DNA from: a virus
Lineage: Duplodnaviria > Caudoviricetes
DNA length: 64,000 nucleotides
Strand: one strand, 5' to 3'
IMG/VR virus record: IMGVR_UViG_3300031998_000083
Coordinates: 556-64,555 of that record
Shown: piece by piece, positions 36,704 through 45,976 of the stretch
Layout: each line of letters starts with the position of its first letter
Numbering within the stretch: the first letter of the stretch is position 1
Translations under genes and position numbers: made by a program
The notes under the pieces: generated by a model
Seen by the model: the letters and a program-made list of their open reading frames with translations, nothing else
Told to the model about the DNA's origin: nothing
The model's database searches: none

Positions 36704-37309
36704 ATGTCACCACAACAGCTGTTTGGATATTACCAGAGGCAGGTCACCGACCGAAGCGGATGCGGCGGTCCTGTGATCTTCATGTGTCTGTTGATTGCAT
36801 TCTTTCTTGTGGGATGCAGGACGATTACCAACGAGGAGACCAATACGGAGAGTCACCGCATAGAAAGCCTGGTGGATAAAGTGGACAGCCTCATCAGCAA
36901 GACTGCCACCGTGAAGCAGGATTCCGTCTGGCGCGAGACCATCATCAAGGAGCTGCAGAGCATCCGCGAGAAGAGCGACACCAGCCACACCATCGTCGTC
37001 GACACAGCCGGCAAGGTCATCAAGGAGACGATCGTCATCAACAATACCAGGGAGGTGACCAGCGAGAGCGACCGTCAGGAGATTGTCGGCATGATCCACC
37101 GTCTGGAAAAGCTCGACTCTACCCTATCCGTACAGAACACTCAGATCAGCAAGCTCGACTCGCTCCTGAAGGAGAAGACCAAAGAGACCACCATCGAGAA
37201 GAAACAGCCGTGGAAATCGTTTACTCAGCATGTAAAAGGTATCATCATAGGGATCCTGTTAAGCGTAATAGCGTTCCTTGTTCTTCGCTTGAAGAAGCTC
37301 CTGCCGTGA
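36704..37309 (+). CDS. Probable unimolecular spanin
   Basis: Lipobox FLVGC, coiled coil and C-terminal TM helix; last gene of the lysis cassette. Confidence 0.65.
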   Translation: MSPQQLFGYYQRQVTDRSGCGGPVIFMCLLIAFFLVGCRTITNEETNTESHRIESLVDKVDSLISKTATVKQDSVWRETIIKELQSIREKSDTSHTIVVDTAGKVIKETIVINNTREVTSESDRQEIVGMIHRLEKLDSTLSVQNTQISKLDSLLKEKTKETTIEKKQPWKSFTQHVKGIIIGILLSVIAFLVLRLKKLLP

Positions 37310-37457
37310 GGCAGTTCCATTTTCCTAAATTTTAATTAAACATTCTTTACAGGAATCGACTCTGCTACGGCGGTTGCAGGCTACCTTATATTCATAATGT
37401 TATAATTTGTTTTGTTATGGTTAATAGGTATTTGGTTTATAAATTAGTTAGCAATCC

Positions 37458-37497
37458 GATCCCCGCCCTCCGAGATGGAAAGCGGGGATCTTCTTTT
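37458..37497. terminator. Terminator between the lysis and early operons
   Basis: GATCCCCGC...GCGGGGATC followed by a T-rich tail. Confidence 0.75.
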
Positions 37498-37512
37498 CTC
37501 CCGTGCTGACTG

Positions 37513-37686
37513 TTACTCAGGCTTCACGAAGAGGTTGCACGCCTCGATGATGGCAGCACCAACGATGACGATGGCCGAGTTGATGGCCGTGGCGTACTCA
37601 GGCGAGGTGTAGGTGACCACTGCCACGCCTACAGTCTGTAGCGCTCCGACGATACCGGAGATCAATGCGAATGTTTTCTTGCTCAT
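37513..37686 (-). CDS. 57-aa two-helix membrane protein (not in the ORF track)
   Basis: MSKKTFALISGIVGALQTVGVAVVTYTSPEYATAINSAIVIVGAAIIEACNLFVKPE; typical codons and A-rich leader. Confidence 0.75.
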   Translation of the reverse strand: MSKKTFALISGIVGALQTVGVAVVTYTSPEYATAINSAIVIVGAAIIEACNLFVKPE

Positions 37687-37731
37687 TGTTTAATAGTTTA
37701 AAGGGTTAATAACTCTGCCTTGAAGGCTATA

Positions 37732-38070
37732 TTACTCGAACTTGAACTTTTTCAATCCTGTTTCATTAAACATGACAGACATTCCGATGGCTGTTGCAGC
37801 ATCAAACTCAACCTTACACCCCTTGGAATGAAGCCATCCGCTCATCATAAAGATAATATCATAGGGATGATCCTCGTTTGTAAGCTCTGCCAGATCCCTG
37901 TGCATGTGCTGGTGAGTGGTAGCCTCAGCAGGCAGACCGTTCTTCATTGGATTAAACACTTCAAAGTTGCATACTTTTAGGAATTCCTCTATCTTTTCAA
38001 ACTTTTCTGCGGTTTCTTTTAAATCATGGCCACTGATTGGGCCACTGATGTAGACTCTCTGTTTCTTCAT
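37732..38070 (-). CDS. DUF4406 / nucleoside deoxyribosyltransferase-like protein
   Basis: RVYISGPISG, FNP, GWLHSKGC..E pattern. Confidence 0.8.
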   Translation of the reverse strand: MKKQRVYISGPISGHDLKETAEKFEKIEEFLKVCNFEVFNPMKNGLPAEATTHQHMHRDLAELTNEDHPYDIIFMMSGWLHSKGCKVEFDAATAIGMSVMFNETGLKKFKFE

Positions 38071-38477
38071 ATCGTTTTATTCTTTGGTTTAAACTCTGTC
38101 TCGGGGCTGGCGTGCTGACCTTTTTGGAAGGTGCCAGGATATCCTTTGCGCTTCGACGCCACATGCGCCATCAGCCGTCGTTCCTCCCACACTCCCTTTA
38201 GCCATTCCTCATCCTTCTGCAGTCCGAGTTCTCTGGCTTTGCGGATCATCGTGCGAGGCGACACACCGAGGCAGCCTGCCAGCTCGTCGTTGAGCATCGT
38301 ATCAAAGTTAGCCTTAAGAAAGTCCAACATATCTTTGTTCCAGAAGATCCTTGTGGCGTGGTGGTCGTGCGTCACAACGCGGCCCATCTTATCGCTGAAG
38401 AATGTCCGTGCCGGCTTAATGGGATGGTACTTCCTATACTGCTCCCTCCATATCGCGCGCTGCTCCTGCTGTGTCAT
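38067..38477 (-). CDS. Hypothetical protein with HTH
   Basis: 'LAGCLGVSPRTMIRKARELGL' and 'FQKG' motifs; coupled to neighbouring genes. Confidence 0.65.
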   Translation of the reverse strand: MTQQEQRAIWREQYRKYHPIKPARTFFSDKMGRVVTHDHHATRIFWNKDMLDFLKANFDTMLNDELAGCLGVSPRTMIRKARELGLQKDEEWLKGVWEERRLMAHVASKRKGYPGTFQKGQHASPETEFKPKNKTI

Positions 38478-38917
38478 GATAACTCCATTGCTTTTCGAAA
38501 ATTGTCAATAAACTCATTATCTATCCATCCTGCAATGCCGTTATCTTCAGTTTTCACTTCTTCCCGATGCTGTTGAAGATATTCACATGTACTGTTAATC
38601 GTCTTCTCCTTCTGCCAGTTGGCAAAATGGATGGCAACTTCCTTAAACTCTTCATTCGTCAGTGTCGCAACTGGCAGAAGTCGATCGTAATTAAAATAGG
38701 AATATTCATTCCATAGTTTTATTAGTTCCTCACTGAAATTATCACTTGGAATATATTCAGATAAAGAGGTAATTTTGCACACAAGCCTCATGTATATATC
38801 ATGGAGTGCGATAAAGATTGACTGGGTACCAGTTCCATTGTTCTTGCGTTCCTCGGCAATCTTAATTAATTCGTTTCCCAATTCTTCTTTTAGTAAATCA
38901 GCATCTATTAATTTCAT
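38474..38917 (-). CDS. Hypothetical phage protein
   Basis: MKLIDAD start; AT-rich; coupled. Confidence 0.65.
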   Translation of the reverse strand: MKLIDADLLKEELGNELIKIAEERKNNGTGTQSIFIALHDIYMRLVCKITSLSEYIPSDNFSEELIKLWNEYSYFNYDRLLPVATLTNEEFKEVAIHFANWQKEKTINSTCEYLQQHREEVKTEDNGIAGWIDNEFIDNFRKAMELS

Positions 38918-38919
38918 AA

Positions 38920-39483
38920 CTAATCAAATAATGATAATTCTATTGTCTTTACGTTTGCTTTCTTATGTGATAGCTTTGTGAGTGAGGGTGTCCTATTTTG
39001 TGGGACAGGTTCCGCTAACACGGTATTTGTCGTATGTGATTGACATGTGACTGGAGCCTCAGCGTTAGGCTGTCTGCGATCATGTGCCCTTCGCCATAAT
39101 TGGTAAAGCTCTTCAAGGTATTCCGTCTGCAGATGATTGTGCGCCTCATCCCAGTGGGATTCCTTGAACTGCTGCACAAGAGTAGACACATATACCTGGG
39201 CCGCATATTCCTCAGGAGCCAGACAGTCTTTCGGGGAAACTTTTGGCTCGATTCGGGAAATCTCACGCGGTTCTGCCTCAACTTTTGGGGAATTTGGGGA
39301 AATTATCGGGGAATTTCCCTTAACTTCATCCGCTGAGGCGAACACATGCTGCGGCATGAAGAGGGCTACGGGATGGTGGCCGTCTAGCGGAATACGGACG
39401 GGAGTCATGCCCGCAAATCCGCTTCCGTCCACCACCTCGCCCTCAACTGTGCGTCCGTACCAGTTCACATACACCTTGCTCAT
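38920..39483 (-). CDS. Hypothetical protein
   Basis: Contiguous in the early operon. Confidence 0.6.
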   Translation of the reverse strand: MSKVYVNWYGRTVEGEVVDGSGFAGMTPVRIPLDGHHPVALFMPQHVFASADEVKGNSPIISPNSPKVEAEPREISRIEPKVSPKDCLAPEEYAAQVYVSTLVQQFKESHWDEAHNHLQTEYLEELYQLWRRAHDRRQPNAEAPVTCQSHTTNTVLAEPVPQNRTPSLTKLSHKKANVKTIELSLFD

Positions 39484-39484
39484 C

Positions 39485-41392
39485 TTATTTCTTCAAGAGT
39501 ATAACCTTCTCAAACAACGGTTTGCTTGGGTCATAGACATTCTTGCTGTCCTTGACGATCTTATAGCACTTGATGACCACACCCTTTTCGTACACCTCCA
39601 CGATACTCATTTCGGCATCCTTGTAGAGCCTGTAACTATTTCCTTTGCTGATAAGCTTCGGCTTCGACAACGACGGCAGAGAAACAATCCAGGCACCTTC
39701 TCCGGCCTTGGGCGTCATGCTGTCCTTAGTATAGACATACGGGCTTCCCGTTGACGGCATAACAACGGGGTAATCCTTGTTATCCACATGGTATTTGTTT
39801 TCGCCTGTCTTATGGAGGTGGCCTGTATAGACAATTACGTTACTATACATGCTGAACAACTTGTTCAAGAACCAAAATTCGATACCGGTAAGCGTGTTAG
39901 AACCCTTGTTGTACTTACCGCCCTCGTTTGTGTCCTTATCTCCATCAGGACTGATTACTGCATAAGACCATCCGCCATTCTTTGGGAGGTTGTCATCCAA
40001 CGGCTCGTCGTTTCCTGTTCTGTGCGGCAAGCAGTGGTGCATGTTAATCTGAATCTTGCAGCCCGTATTGTTCTCCAAGATTTCCTTCAACCAAATTAAG
40101 GTATTCGGTGAATAATACTGATAGTTGTACGGCTCATCAGCCTTTGAATAACCCGTGTCCTTGACGAACTCCACCATGCGCTTGATATACGGATCGTCGG
40201 CGTTGATGTCGATGATGTGTCGGGCGTGAATAACCCTGTCGTGCCATGTGTTGGTTACGCCCCAATTATCGTCGCCGTAGTCAATGGACAAGAAGATGTA
40301 GATGTCGTCGTCTTTCTTCAGCCAGTAGTTCAGCTTGCTATAGCCGTTACGTCCGTGACCACTACCGCTGTCCCACATCACAAGCTTATCCTTTACGGTA
40401 TTCCAGTTGCTGTTGACATACTGCTTGGCGCAACGGATAGCCTCGTCACTGATGCCGTTCTTATTGCTATCCCATATCGACTTGCCTGTGTAACCGCCTT
40501 TCCTGGCGTAGAGATCCACATAGTCGCAATATGAGAAGAAGCGCATATCCGACTGTCCTTCGGCCTTGTCCTTTCCGCTTTCAAGTTCAAAGGTGAATCG
40601 GCATCTACCGTTGGCAGGAATGGCGTTGATCTGCTGACCTGTAGGCCACAGGGTTAATCTCTGTTGGACGCTTGCGTTGTAGCCAACTATACATTCGGAG
40701 TTCTTTCCGCCAGTGATTACGTCACCATTACGACTCTCGAAGATGCCGTAATAGTCATGGTTGCCGAGACAGGAGAAGAACCGCAATCCGCACTTCTGCC
40801 AATATTCAACGTCGTACATTTCCGTAAACTCCTTATAGTCGGCATCGCATACACATTCAGGGTGCTTGTCCGCCTCGTTGGTCTGTGATTCGGCCACGTC
40901 GCCGTAGGACGCAACGAACTTAATTTCCTTGTCGGCAGCGCAGATGTCCATTGCAGCCTTAAAATCTGCCTCGTCGCCCCAATCACCACTTGGGTCTGAC
41001 GGGGTTTGCTTGCACATGTGGATGTCGCCCATCGAGCAGAACTTGTACTTGTATGCCCCCAAATCCTTTACTGTTGGTTCCGGCTCTGGTTGAGGATCTT
41101 CATCAACGATGGTTACAGGACACCAGATCTGACCGACATTGCCGTCAAAGTTAAGATGTGGCTTTTCGTTATCCCTGATGGAAATCACAAAGTCCGTGGT
41201 GTCCTCATGCACCATTGCATCAAAGACAAGTCTCTCAGTCTGCTGGTCGCAGATACGATTATAACCACTCTTTTCTCTTCTCTCATGCACACAGGCATAG
41301 CACTTGTGGTCGAACTCAGCCACAAGCCTTACTGTCTCGTTGGCCCGACCTTTAATCTCAGGGCCAACCAATTTGATTTGATTCTCACTCAT
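39485..41392 (-). CDS. Calcineurin-like metallophosphoesterase (635 aa)
   Basis: GDIH, YGD, GNHDY, MHH and GHLH motifs in the canonical order. Confidence 0.85.
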   Translation of the reverse strand: MSENQIKLVGPEIKGRANETVRLVAEFDHKCYACVHERREKSGYNRICDQQTERLVFDAMVHEDTTDFVISIRDNEKPHLNFDGNVGQIWCPVTIVDEDPQPEPEPTVKDLGAYKYKFCSMGDIHMCKQTPSDPSGDWGDEADFKAAMDICAADKEIKFVASYGDVAESQTNEADKHPECVCDADYKEFTEMYDVEYWQKCGLRFFSCLGNHDYYGIFESRNGDVITGGKNSECIVGYNASVQQRLTLWPTGQQINAIPANGRCRFTFELESGKDKAEGQSDMRFFSYCDYVDLYARKGGYTGKSIWDSNKNGISDEAIRCAKQYVNSNWNTVKDKLVMWDSGSGHGRNGYSKLNYWLKKDDDIYIFLSIDYGDDNWGVTNTWHDRVIHARHIIDINADDPYIKRMVEFVKDTGYSKADEPYNYQYYSPNTLIWLKEILENNTGCKIQINMHHCLPHRTGNDEPLDDNLPKNGGWSYAVISPDGDKDTNEGGKYNKGSNTLTGIEFWFLNKLFSMYSNVIVYTGHLHKTGENKYHVDNKDYPVVMPSTGSPYVYTKDSMTPKAGEGAWIVSLPSLSKPKLISKGNSYRLYKDAEMSIVEVYEKGVVIKCYKIVKDSKNVYDPSKPLFEKVILLKK

Positions 41393-41394
41393 AA

Positions 41395-41505
41395 CTATCT
41401 CTTTTTAACCAGGTAATATATAACCACGACGATCATAATAATACTTAACACAAATGCCGTCAATGAATACGGCCATGGAAGTTCTGCCAGTCTAAATGTT
41501 GTCAT
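41395..41505 (-). CDS. 36-aa single-TM peptide (not in the ORF track)
   Basis: MTTFRLAELPWPYSLTAFVLSIIMIVVVIYYLVKKR; stop 2 nt before the phosphoesterase start; GAGGAG upstream. Confidence 0.55.
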   Translation of the reverse strand: MTTFRLAELPWPYSLTAFVLSIIMIVVVIYYLVKKR

Positions 41506-41584
41506 ACTATTCCTCCTCATTAATATAAATACTGTTTATTGCCGAAAAATCTCCCAATTTCCGAAGCTTATTAAGTTCTTTAAT

Positions 41585-42193
41585 TCATAACTTTATTAAA
41601 TCATGATAAAGGTTACATAAAAGCGCTCCTTTCCCAGTACTCTTACTATAACAACAAAGATCTTTAAGCGCCTCCATCTGTTCTTTACTCGGCTTCCACC
41701 TATTCTGAGGCACGAGGTGTTTGAGCCAACTATGTAAATCTCTATCCCCTTGAAAGGCTTCTATATCAACCTTGCATACAATTTGTTCAAGCCTTTGATA
41801 GAAAGCTTCATCTTCTTTGCTCCACTCCTGCTTTGGCTGAACCCTGTCTTTTACATTACTTACCCAACAAATTGCACTTTGTAGATCTACGCTAAGAGCA
41901 TCAGAACCTATTAATTTCTTAATAATAGCATTACTTATTGTTTCATCCTCTTCACTCCACTCGAAAGGCATTGTACTTGACGGATTAGACTTTCTCTTCA
42001 CCACCGGCTCGTTAGTAATAGCCTCCTCCAGCGACGGACCTTCCTTTTTGTTGACGGCCCTTACAATGCTGTCACCTGTGTAGATCAAACCTTGATTTAG
42101 AAGGGCGTACAAAATATTGACCCTCAACGGGTGACCATCCTTTAATTGCTGTATCATCGAAACGATGAATTTCTCAATGTCGATCTTTGTCAT
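41585..42193 (-). CDS. Hypothetical phage protein (WSEED/WKPS repeats)
   Basis: Recurrent 'EWSEEDE' and 'WKPSKEQMEAL' motifs. Confidence 0.65.
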   Translation of the reverse strand: MTKIDIEKFIVSMIQQLKDGHPLRVNILYALLNQGLIYTGDSIVRAVNKKEGPSLEEAITNEPVVKRKSNPSSTMPFEWSEEDETISNAIIKKLIGSDALSVDLQSAICWVSNVKDRVQPKQEWSKEDEAFYQRLEQIVCKVDIEAFQGDRDLHSWLKHLVPQNRWKPSKEQMEALKDLCCYSKSTGKGALLCNLYHDLIKL

Positions 42194-42684
42194 ACCTTTA
42201 TGCTTCTTGTTTGTTCGTTATTACTGTTGTTGATGATCCATCTGCGGAGGGTGCGGATGTGCGGGGCGATGATCCAGCCGCGGCCGTAGTAGCCTGACGA
42301 ACACTCGCTGATGGCTGAGGCCGTGTCGGTGACGGGACACTTGCGGGCGATGCGGCGCCAGTGGTACACAGTATCGCCGAAGCATGAACGGCAGCGCTTC
42401 GTACCCAGCAGAACGTCGCGCAGGTCGCAGTCGATGAGCATTGCCAGGAAGCGGTCGTTGTCGTCGCAGAGTTCCAGACGGGGATCGTTACGGTGGACCA
42501 CCACGACGTCGCGCACATATCCGTTCCTGTTCGGCACTCTCAGGTAGTACTGCAGTTGCAGCAGCCTGATCGTGGTCTTCACCTCCTCTTCCGTCAGGTT
42601 CTTCACCGGAGCCGTCATCAGGATATAAGCCACGTTCGACTGGATCTCAGGATCCTCAGGGTTGAATGGTGGAATTTGTATCAT
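42190..42684 (-). CDS. Hypothetical protein
   Basis: Coupled ORF with typical codon usage. Confidence 0.6.
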   Translation of the reverse strand: MIQIPPFNPEDPEIQSNVAYILMTAPVKNLTEEEVKTTIRLLQLQYYLRVPNRNGYVRDVVVVHRNDPRLELCDDNDRFLAMLIDCDLRDVLLGTKRCRSCFGDTVYHWRRIARKCPVTDTASAISECSSGYYGRGWIIAPHIRTLRRWIINNSNNEQTRSIKV

Positions 42685-42690
42685 ATAATA

Positions 42691-43287
42691 CTATTCTATT
42701 AATTCAAACTCATAAACGAAAACCCACGGATTACGCTCCCACGTTCCTTTACCACTAACGCGGTTGATAAATTCTGCGAAACAGTCACGCACTGGTGACA
42801 GCTGATAGTAGCCGTACTTTGATTTCTTGTCGATGAACCTATAGGACTTCGCCCTATCATTAGGATTCCTGTCTATATATGGGTAGTATTCTTTAATTCC
42901 TTCACGCAAACAATCCTCGTCGCTGATGCTCTGAAGACGTTGCACGTCAACCTTGCGGATGATAATTCTGTGCGGCATGAGGTCGGCACGGACAAACATC
43001 TTGTTCTCATATCCAGCAGAACTCTCACATGTATGCTCTAACCATTCAGGAGCAAGAAATCCTCTCTTGTTCAGGTCGTGGTATGACTGAGCGATGGCCA
43101 CTTTATCATAGGAACATAGAGGTGTATGCTCCTTGATACACTCCACAAGTTCCTTGTTATGAATATGTGACTCCATTTGTGCCATCCTCAATGTGGATTC
43201 TGTCACAATGCGTCGTGTCATTGTTTTACTTTCTTCCAACACAGCTTGGGTTAAGCCGAACCTGTCATTGAACATAATCTTCTTCAT
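42691..43287 (-). CDS. Conserved phage protein (KTMTRR...NPWVFVYEF; ASCH/PUA-like)
   Basis: Family motifs recognised by eye. Confidence 0.6.
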   Translation of the reverse strand: MKKIMFNDRFGLTQAVLEESKTMTRRIVTESTLRMAQMESHIHNKELVECIKEHTPLCSYDKVAIAQSYHDLNKRGFLAPEWLEHTCESSAGYENKMFVRADLMPHRIIIRKVDVQRLQSISDEDCLREGIKEYYPYIDRNPNDRAKSYRFIDKKSKYGYYQLSPVRDCFAEFINRVSGKGTWERNPWVFVYEFELIE

Positions 43288-43808
43288 AATCCTATCACTT
43301 CTTTAATGTAACTGTCAATCTTCGCCTCGTAGTCGCGGAGCTTGTGGCTCATCTCGCGGTAGATCTGAAGGTCGTAGCCCTTGCGCTGGCTGAACTTCTT
43401 ACGTTCATGCCAGGTGTTGCGCCACTCCTCAACGAGCAGGAAGAAGGCGTAGGCTGCCGGATCCTTAACAGGACGGCCTGGGTGACTGTCTATAAACTCG
43501 CGGTCGGCCTTGATCTTCTTGTCGAGCGCACTCTCCAGCGCCAACGACGCCACCAGGTCGTCATGGTTGCGCCCACCGCTGTAGTACTTGTGCATGGCCT
43601 TGCGCACCTCCCACATCTGAAAGACGAAGCGCTGCGCTTTGGTCAGCGATTCCACGGCCTCAACGTCGGCCTTCAGCGTTGTCAGGGCCATACCTGGCTT
43701 GGCGCGCATGGCATTCAGCTCGATGTAGGCCAGCCGGCGGTCGCTGGTGGAGTAACACGGGGCCAGCTTCCCAGGCTCCCAGATATGGAACATTACCTTG
43801 AATGGCAT
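43284..43808 (-). CDS. Hypothetical protein
   Basis: Coupled ORF with typical codon usage. Confidence 0.6.
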   Translation of the reverse strand: MPFKVMFHIWEPGKLAPCYSTSDRRLAYIELNAMRAKPGMALTTLKADVEAVESLTKAQRFVFQMWEVRKAMHKYYSGGRNHDDLVASLALESALDKKIKADREFIDSHPGRPVKDPAAYAFFLLVEEWRNTWHERKKFSQRKGYDLQIYREMSHKLRDYEAKIDSYIKEVIGL

Positions 43809-43814
43809 AGGCGT

Positions 43815-45059
43815 TTAGTCGTTAATAAACATCGGCATGAGCAGCATTGTAATCTCCTCGTTGTCCGGCTGGGGCTGAGGCTGTATGATGACAGCGCGTG
43901 ACTGATCCTGATACAGGAATAACACTTTTTCCGTTGAGAGGGCCTTTAGTGTCTGCGACACAGCCACTACATTCATGCCGATGCGCAGACTGATGGAGGA
44001 ACAACCGTCGAATGGTTCGCATTCGCAGGGAAGCGCCTCGTCACCGGCCACCTCGAAGTCGGCATTTTCCGATTTGAGTTTCAATGTGGTCTTGTCGATC
44101 CTCATCTCCACTAAGTTAGACCGGTTAGTGAAGAAGGATAGGCGGCCACAGGACTTGATAAGAGCCTTGCGGTCAACAGTCATCTTGAATACATGGGATT
44201 CGGGAATGACACTCCAGTACGTCGGGTATTTCCCTTCAATGGGATTGAAGGAGATCGTGAGCGTATCGTCGATGACGATGCGGCACTGGGGCTTGCGCAC
44301 AGTAGACAGGTACTTCTCCTCACGGCCGTCGAGGTTTGTACGGGTATACTCCTTCATCAGTTCCTTCTGGTACTCCACATCGACATCGCCGGTGGATGGC
44401 AGCACCTTCAGGAGCGTCTTCACGACGGCGTAGGGGATAATGAACGACGTGCCTACGAAAAGATCTCCATAATTGACAGGATTCTTGCGCACACGCACCA
44501 ACTTGTGGCCGTCGGAAGAGACGTAGTCCGAGAACTGGTCCGTAAGGTTGACATAGACGCCGTTCATGACAGGCCTCAGCTCGTCCTGTGCCATAGCAAA
44601 GCTGCAGCGACTAAGGACGGATTTCAGGCAGGGAGCCTCGTACTCCAGCAGCCAGCCGTCGTCAGCCTTGACGTCGGGAGCCGGTGCCTTGAAGTCGAAG
44701 AACTCCGAGGCGTTCTGGTAGAGGGGCAGGCGGAAAGAACCGATGGAGTGATGCACGACGACCTGATACTCCAGCACCTCGAAGCGCAGGGGCTGTTCGT
44801 CGAGGGACTTCAGGGGATTGATAATGTCAGAGTAGTAGATTGCGATAGGCCGTGGCTCAACAGGATGCCCGTCGAGTGCTACCTTCTCTTCCATCCATAC
44901 ATAGCCGTTGGAGGCGTGGACTGTCATCAGCCCTTTCTCTTCATCGAAGGAGAACACAAAGTGCTTGAACACCTGTATCTCCTGCTTGGTAATGGCACAG
45001 CGGACGTGTTGTAATGCCCGCAGTAAACTGTTGCGTGATACGATAAATTCCATATTCAT
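43815..45059 (-). CDS. dnaN: DNA polymerase III beta sliding clamp homolog
   Basis: 'FAMAQDELRPVMNGVY', 'VSSDGHKL', 'IEGKYPTYWSVIP', 'LLMPM' C-terminus. Confidence 0.9.
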   Translation of the reverse strand: MNMEFIVSRNSLLRALQHVRCAITKQEIQVFKHFVFSFDEEKGLMTVHASNGYVWMEEKVALDGHPVEPRPIAIYYSDIINPLKSLDEQPLRFEVLEYQVVVHHSIGSFRLPLYQNASEFFDFKAPAPDVKADDGWLLEYEAPCLKSVLSRCSFAMAQDELRPVMNGVYVNLTDQFSDYVSSDGHKLVRVRKNPVNYGDLFVGTSFIIPYAVVKTLLKVLPSTGDVDVEYQKELMKEYTRTNLDGREEKYLSTVRKPQCRIVIDDTLTISFNPIEGKYPTYWSVIPESHVFKMTVDRKALIKSCGRLSFFTNRSNLVEMRIDKTTLKLKSENADFEVAGDEALPCECEPFDGCSSISLRIGMNVVAVSQTLKALSTEKVLFLYQDQSRAVIIQPQPQPDNEEITMLLMPMFIND

Positions 45060-45066
45060 TCTTGTT

Positions 45067-45282
45067 TTATTGTTCCTGCTGCTCGTCAAAATTTAAGCTT
45101 AAGTTGCGTGGGGGGGGGTAAAGCTCGATCTTCGGATTGGTGTAGGCACTCTTCCTGTGATTGTGGTAGCCGTACTTCAGCTTGACGTCCCTCGCCATCT
45201 GGAGGGAGAGCGGAGGCGTCACCACCTCGCGCTGTCCCGTCAGACGGTTACGGGCTGTGATACAGAACTTCGGACTGCTCAT
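45067..45282 (-). CDS. Small hypothetical protein
   Basis: 'ITARNRLTGQREVVT' phage motif. Confidence 0.6.
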   Translation of the reverse strand: MSSPKFCITARNRLTGQREVVTPPLSLQMARDVKLKYGYHNHRKSAYTNPKIELYPPPRNLSLNFDEQQEQ

Positions 45283-45512
45283 ACCGTATGCTTAACAAAT
45301 TGAGACTTCAGCATCTTATCCTTCAGGTCGTAGTCCTTGTGGTGGACCCAGTAGGCCTCGCCCGTCGGATCACCGTTATCGTCGAGCGGCTGGAGCTTCA
45401 TGCGACCCATACGGTCAAACTCCTGTACGATGCAGAAGTCGGACTTCACCAGGGATGTCTGGTCTGTGACGTACATCCCGATCTGCAGTTTCAAATATTC
45501 CTTGCCTGTCAT
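45279..45512 (-). CDS. Small hypothetical protein
   Basis: GAAGGAGG upstream; coupled. Confidence 0.6.
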   Translation of the reverse strand: MTGKEYLKLQIGMYVTDQTSLVKSDFCIVQEFDRMGRMKLQPLDDNGDPTGEAYWVHHKDYDLKDKMLKSQFVKHTV

Positions 45513-45976
45513 TTCTTATCCTCCTTCTTTGATGAAACATACTCAAACACGTCCATGATGTTCGTCTCGCTGACGGAGCTGATGACGTAATCGATCATCG
45601 TGCCACCCATCACCTCGTCGATGTTCTTACGGGCGCCCTCGAAGGATCCTGCCTGAACAAGATACGTCACCTTGGTCTTCTTCTCCTTATTGGTCTTCTC
45701 GTCGATGGTGATAAACTGGAGCTTGGCCTTGTACCACTTGTCGGCCATCTCGTCGTCGGAGAAGAATATCTCCTTGAACGGAGCGCGGTCGATCTCCACC
45801 ACGTCATACTCTCCACTGATGTAGCTGGCCATCTCGTCGATGATACGCTCCTCGGCCTCGCTGAAGCTCAGGGCATCCACTACATACTGTTCCTTCACTT
45901 TTTTCTGCAGGCCATCCTCCATCACCTTCTCATAGCGGATGTCACAGATAAACCAGTCTGCTGTCCTACTTCTCAT
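45509..45976 (-). CDS. DUF4494-family protein
   Basis: 'WFICDIRYEK...YVVDALSFSEAEERI...WYKAKLQFITIDEK...YLVQA'. Confidence 0.85.
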   Translation of the reverse strand: MRSRTADWFICDIRYEKVMEDGLQKKVKEQYVVDALSFSEAEERIIDEMASYISGEYDVVEIDRAPFKEIFFSDDEMADKWYKAKLQFITIDEKTNKEKKTKVTYLVQAGSFEGARKNIDEVMGGTMIDYVISSVSETNIMDVFEYVSSKKEDKK

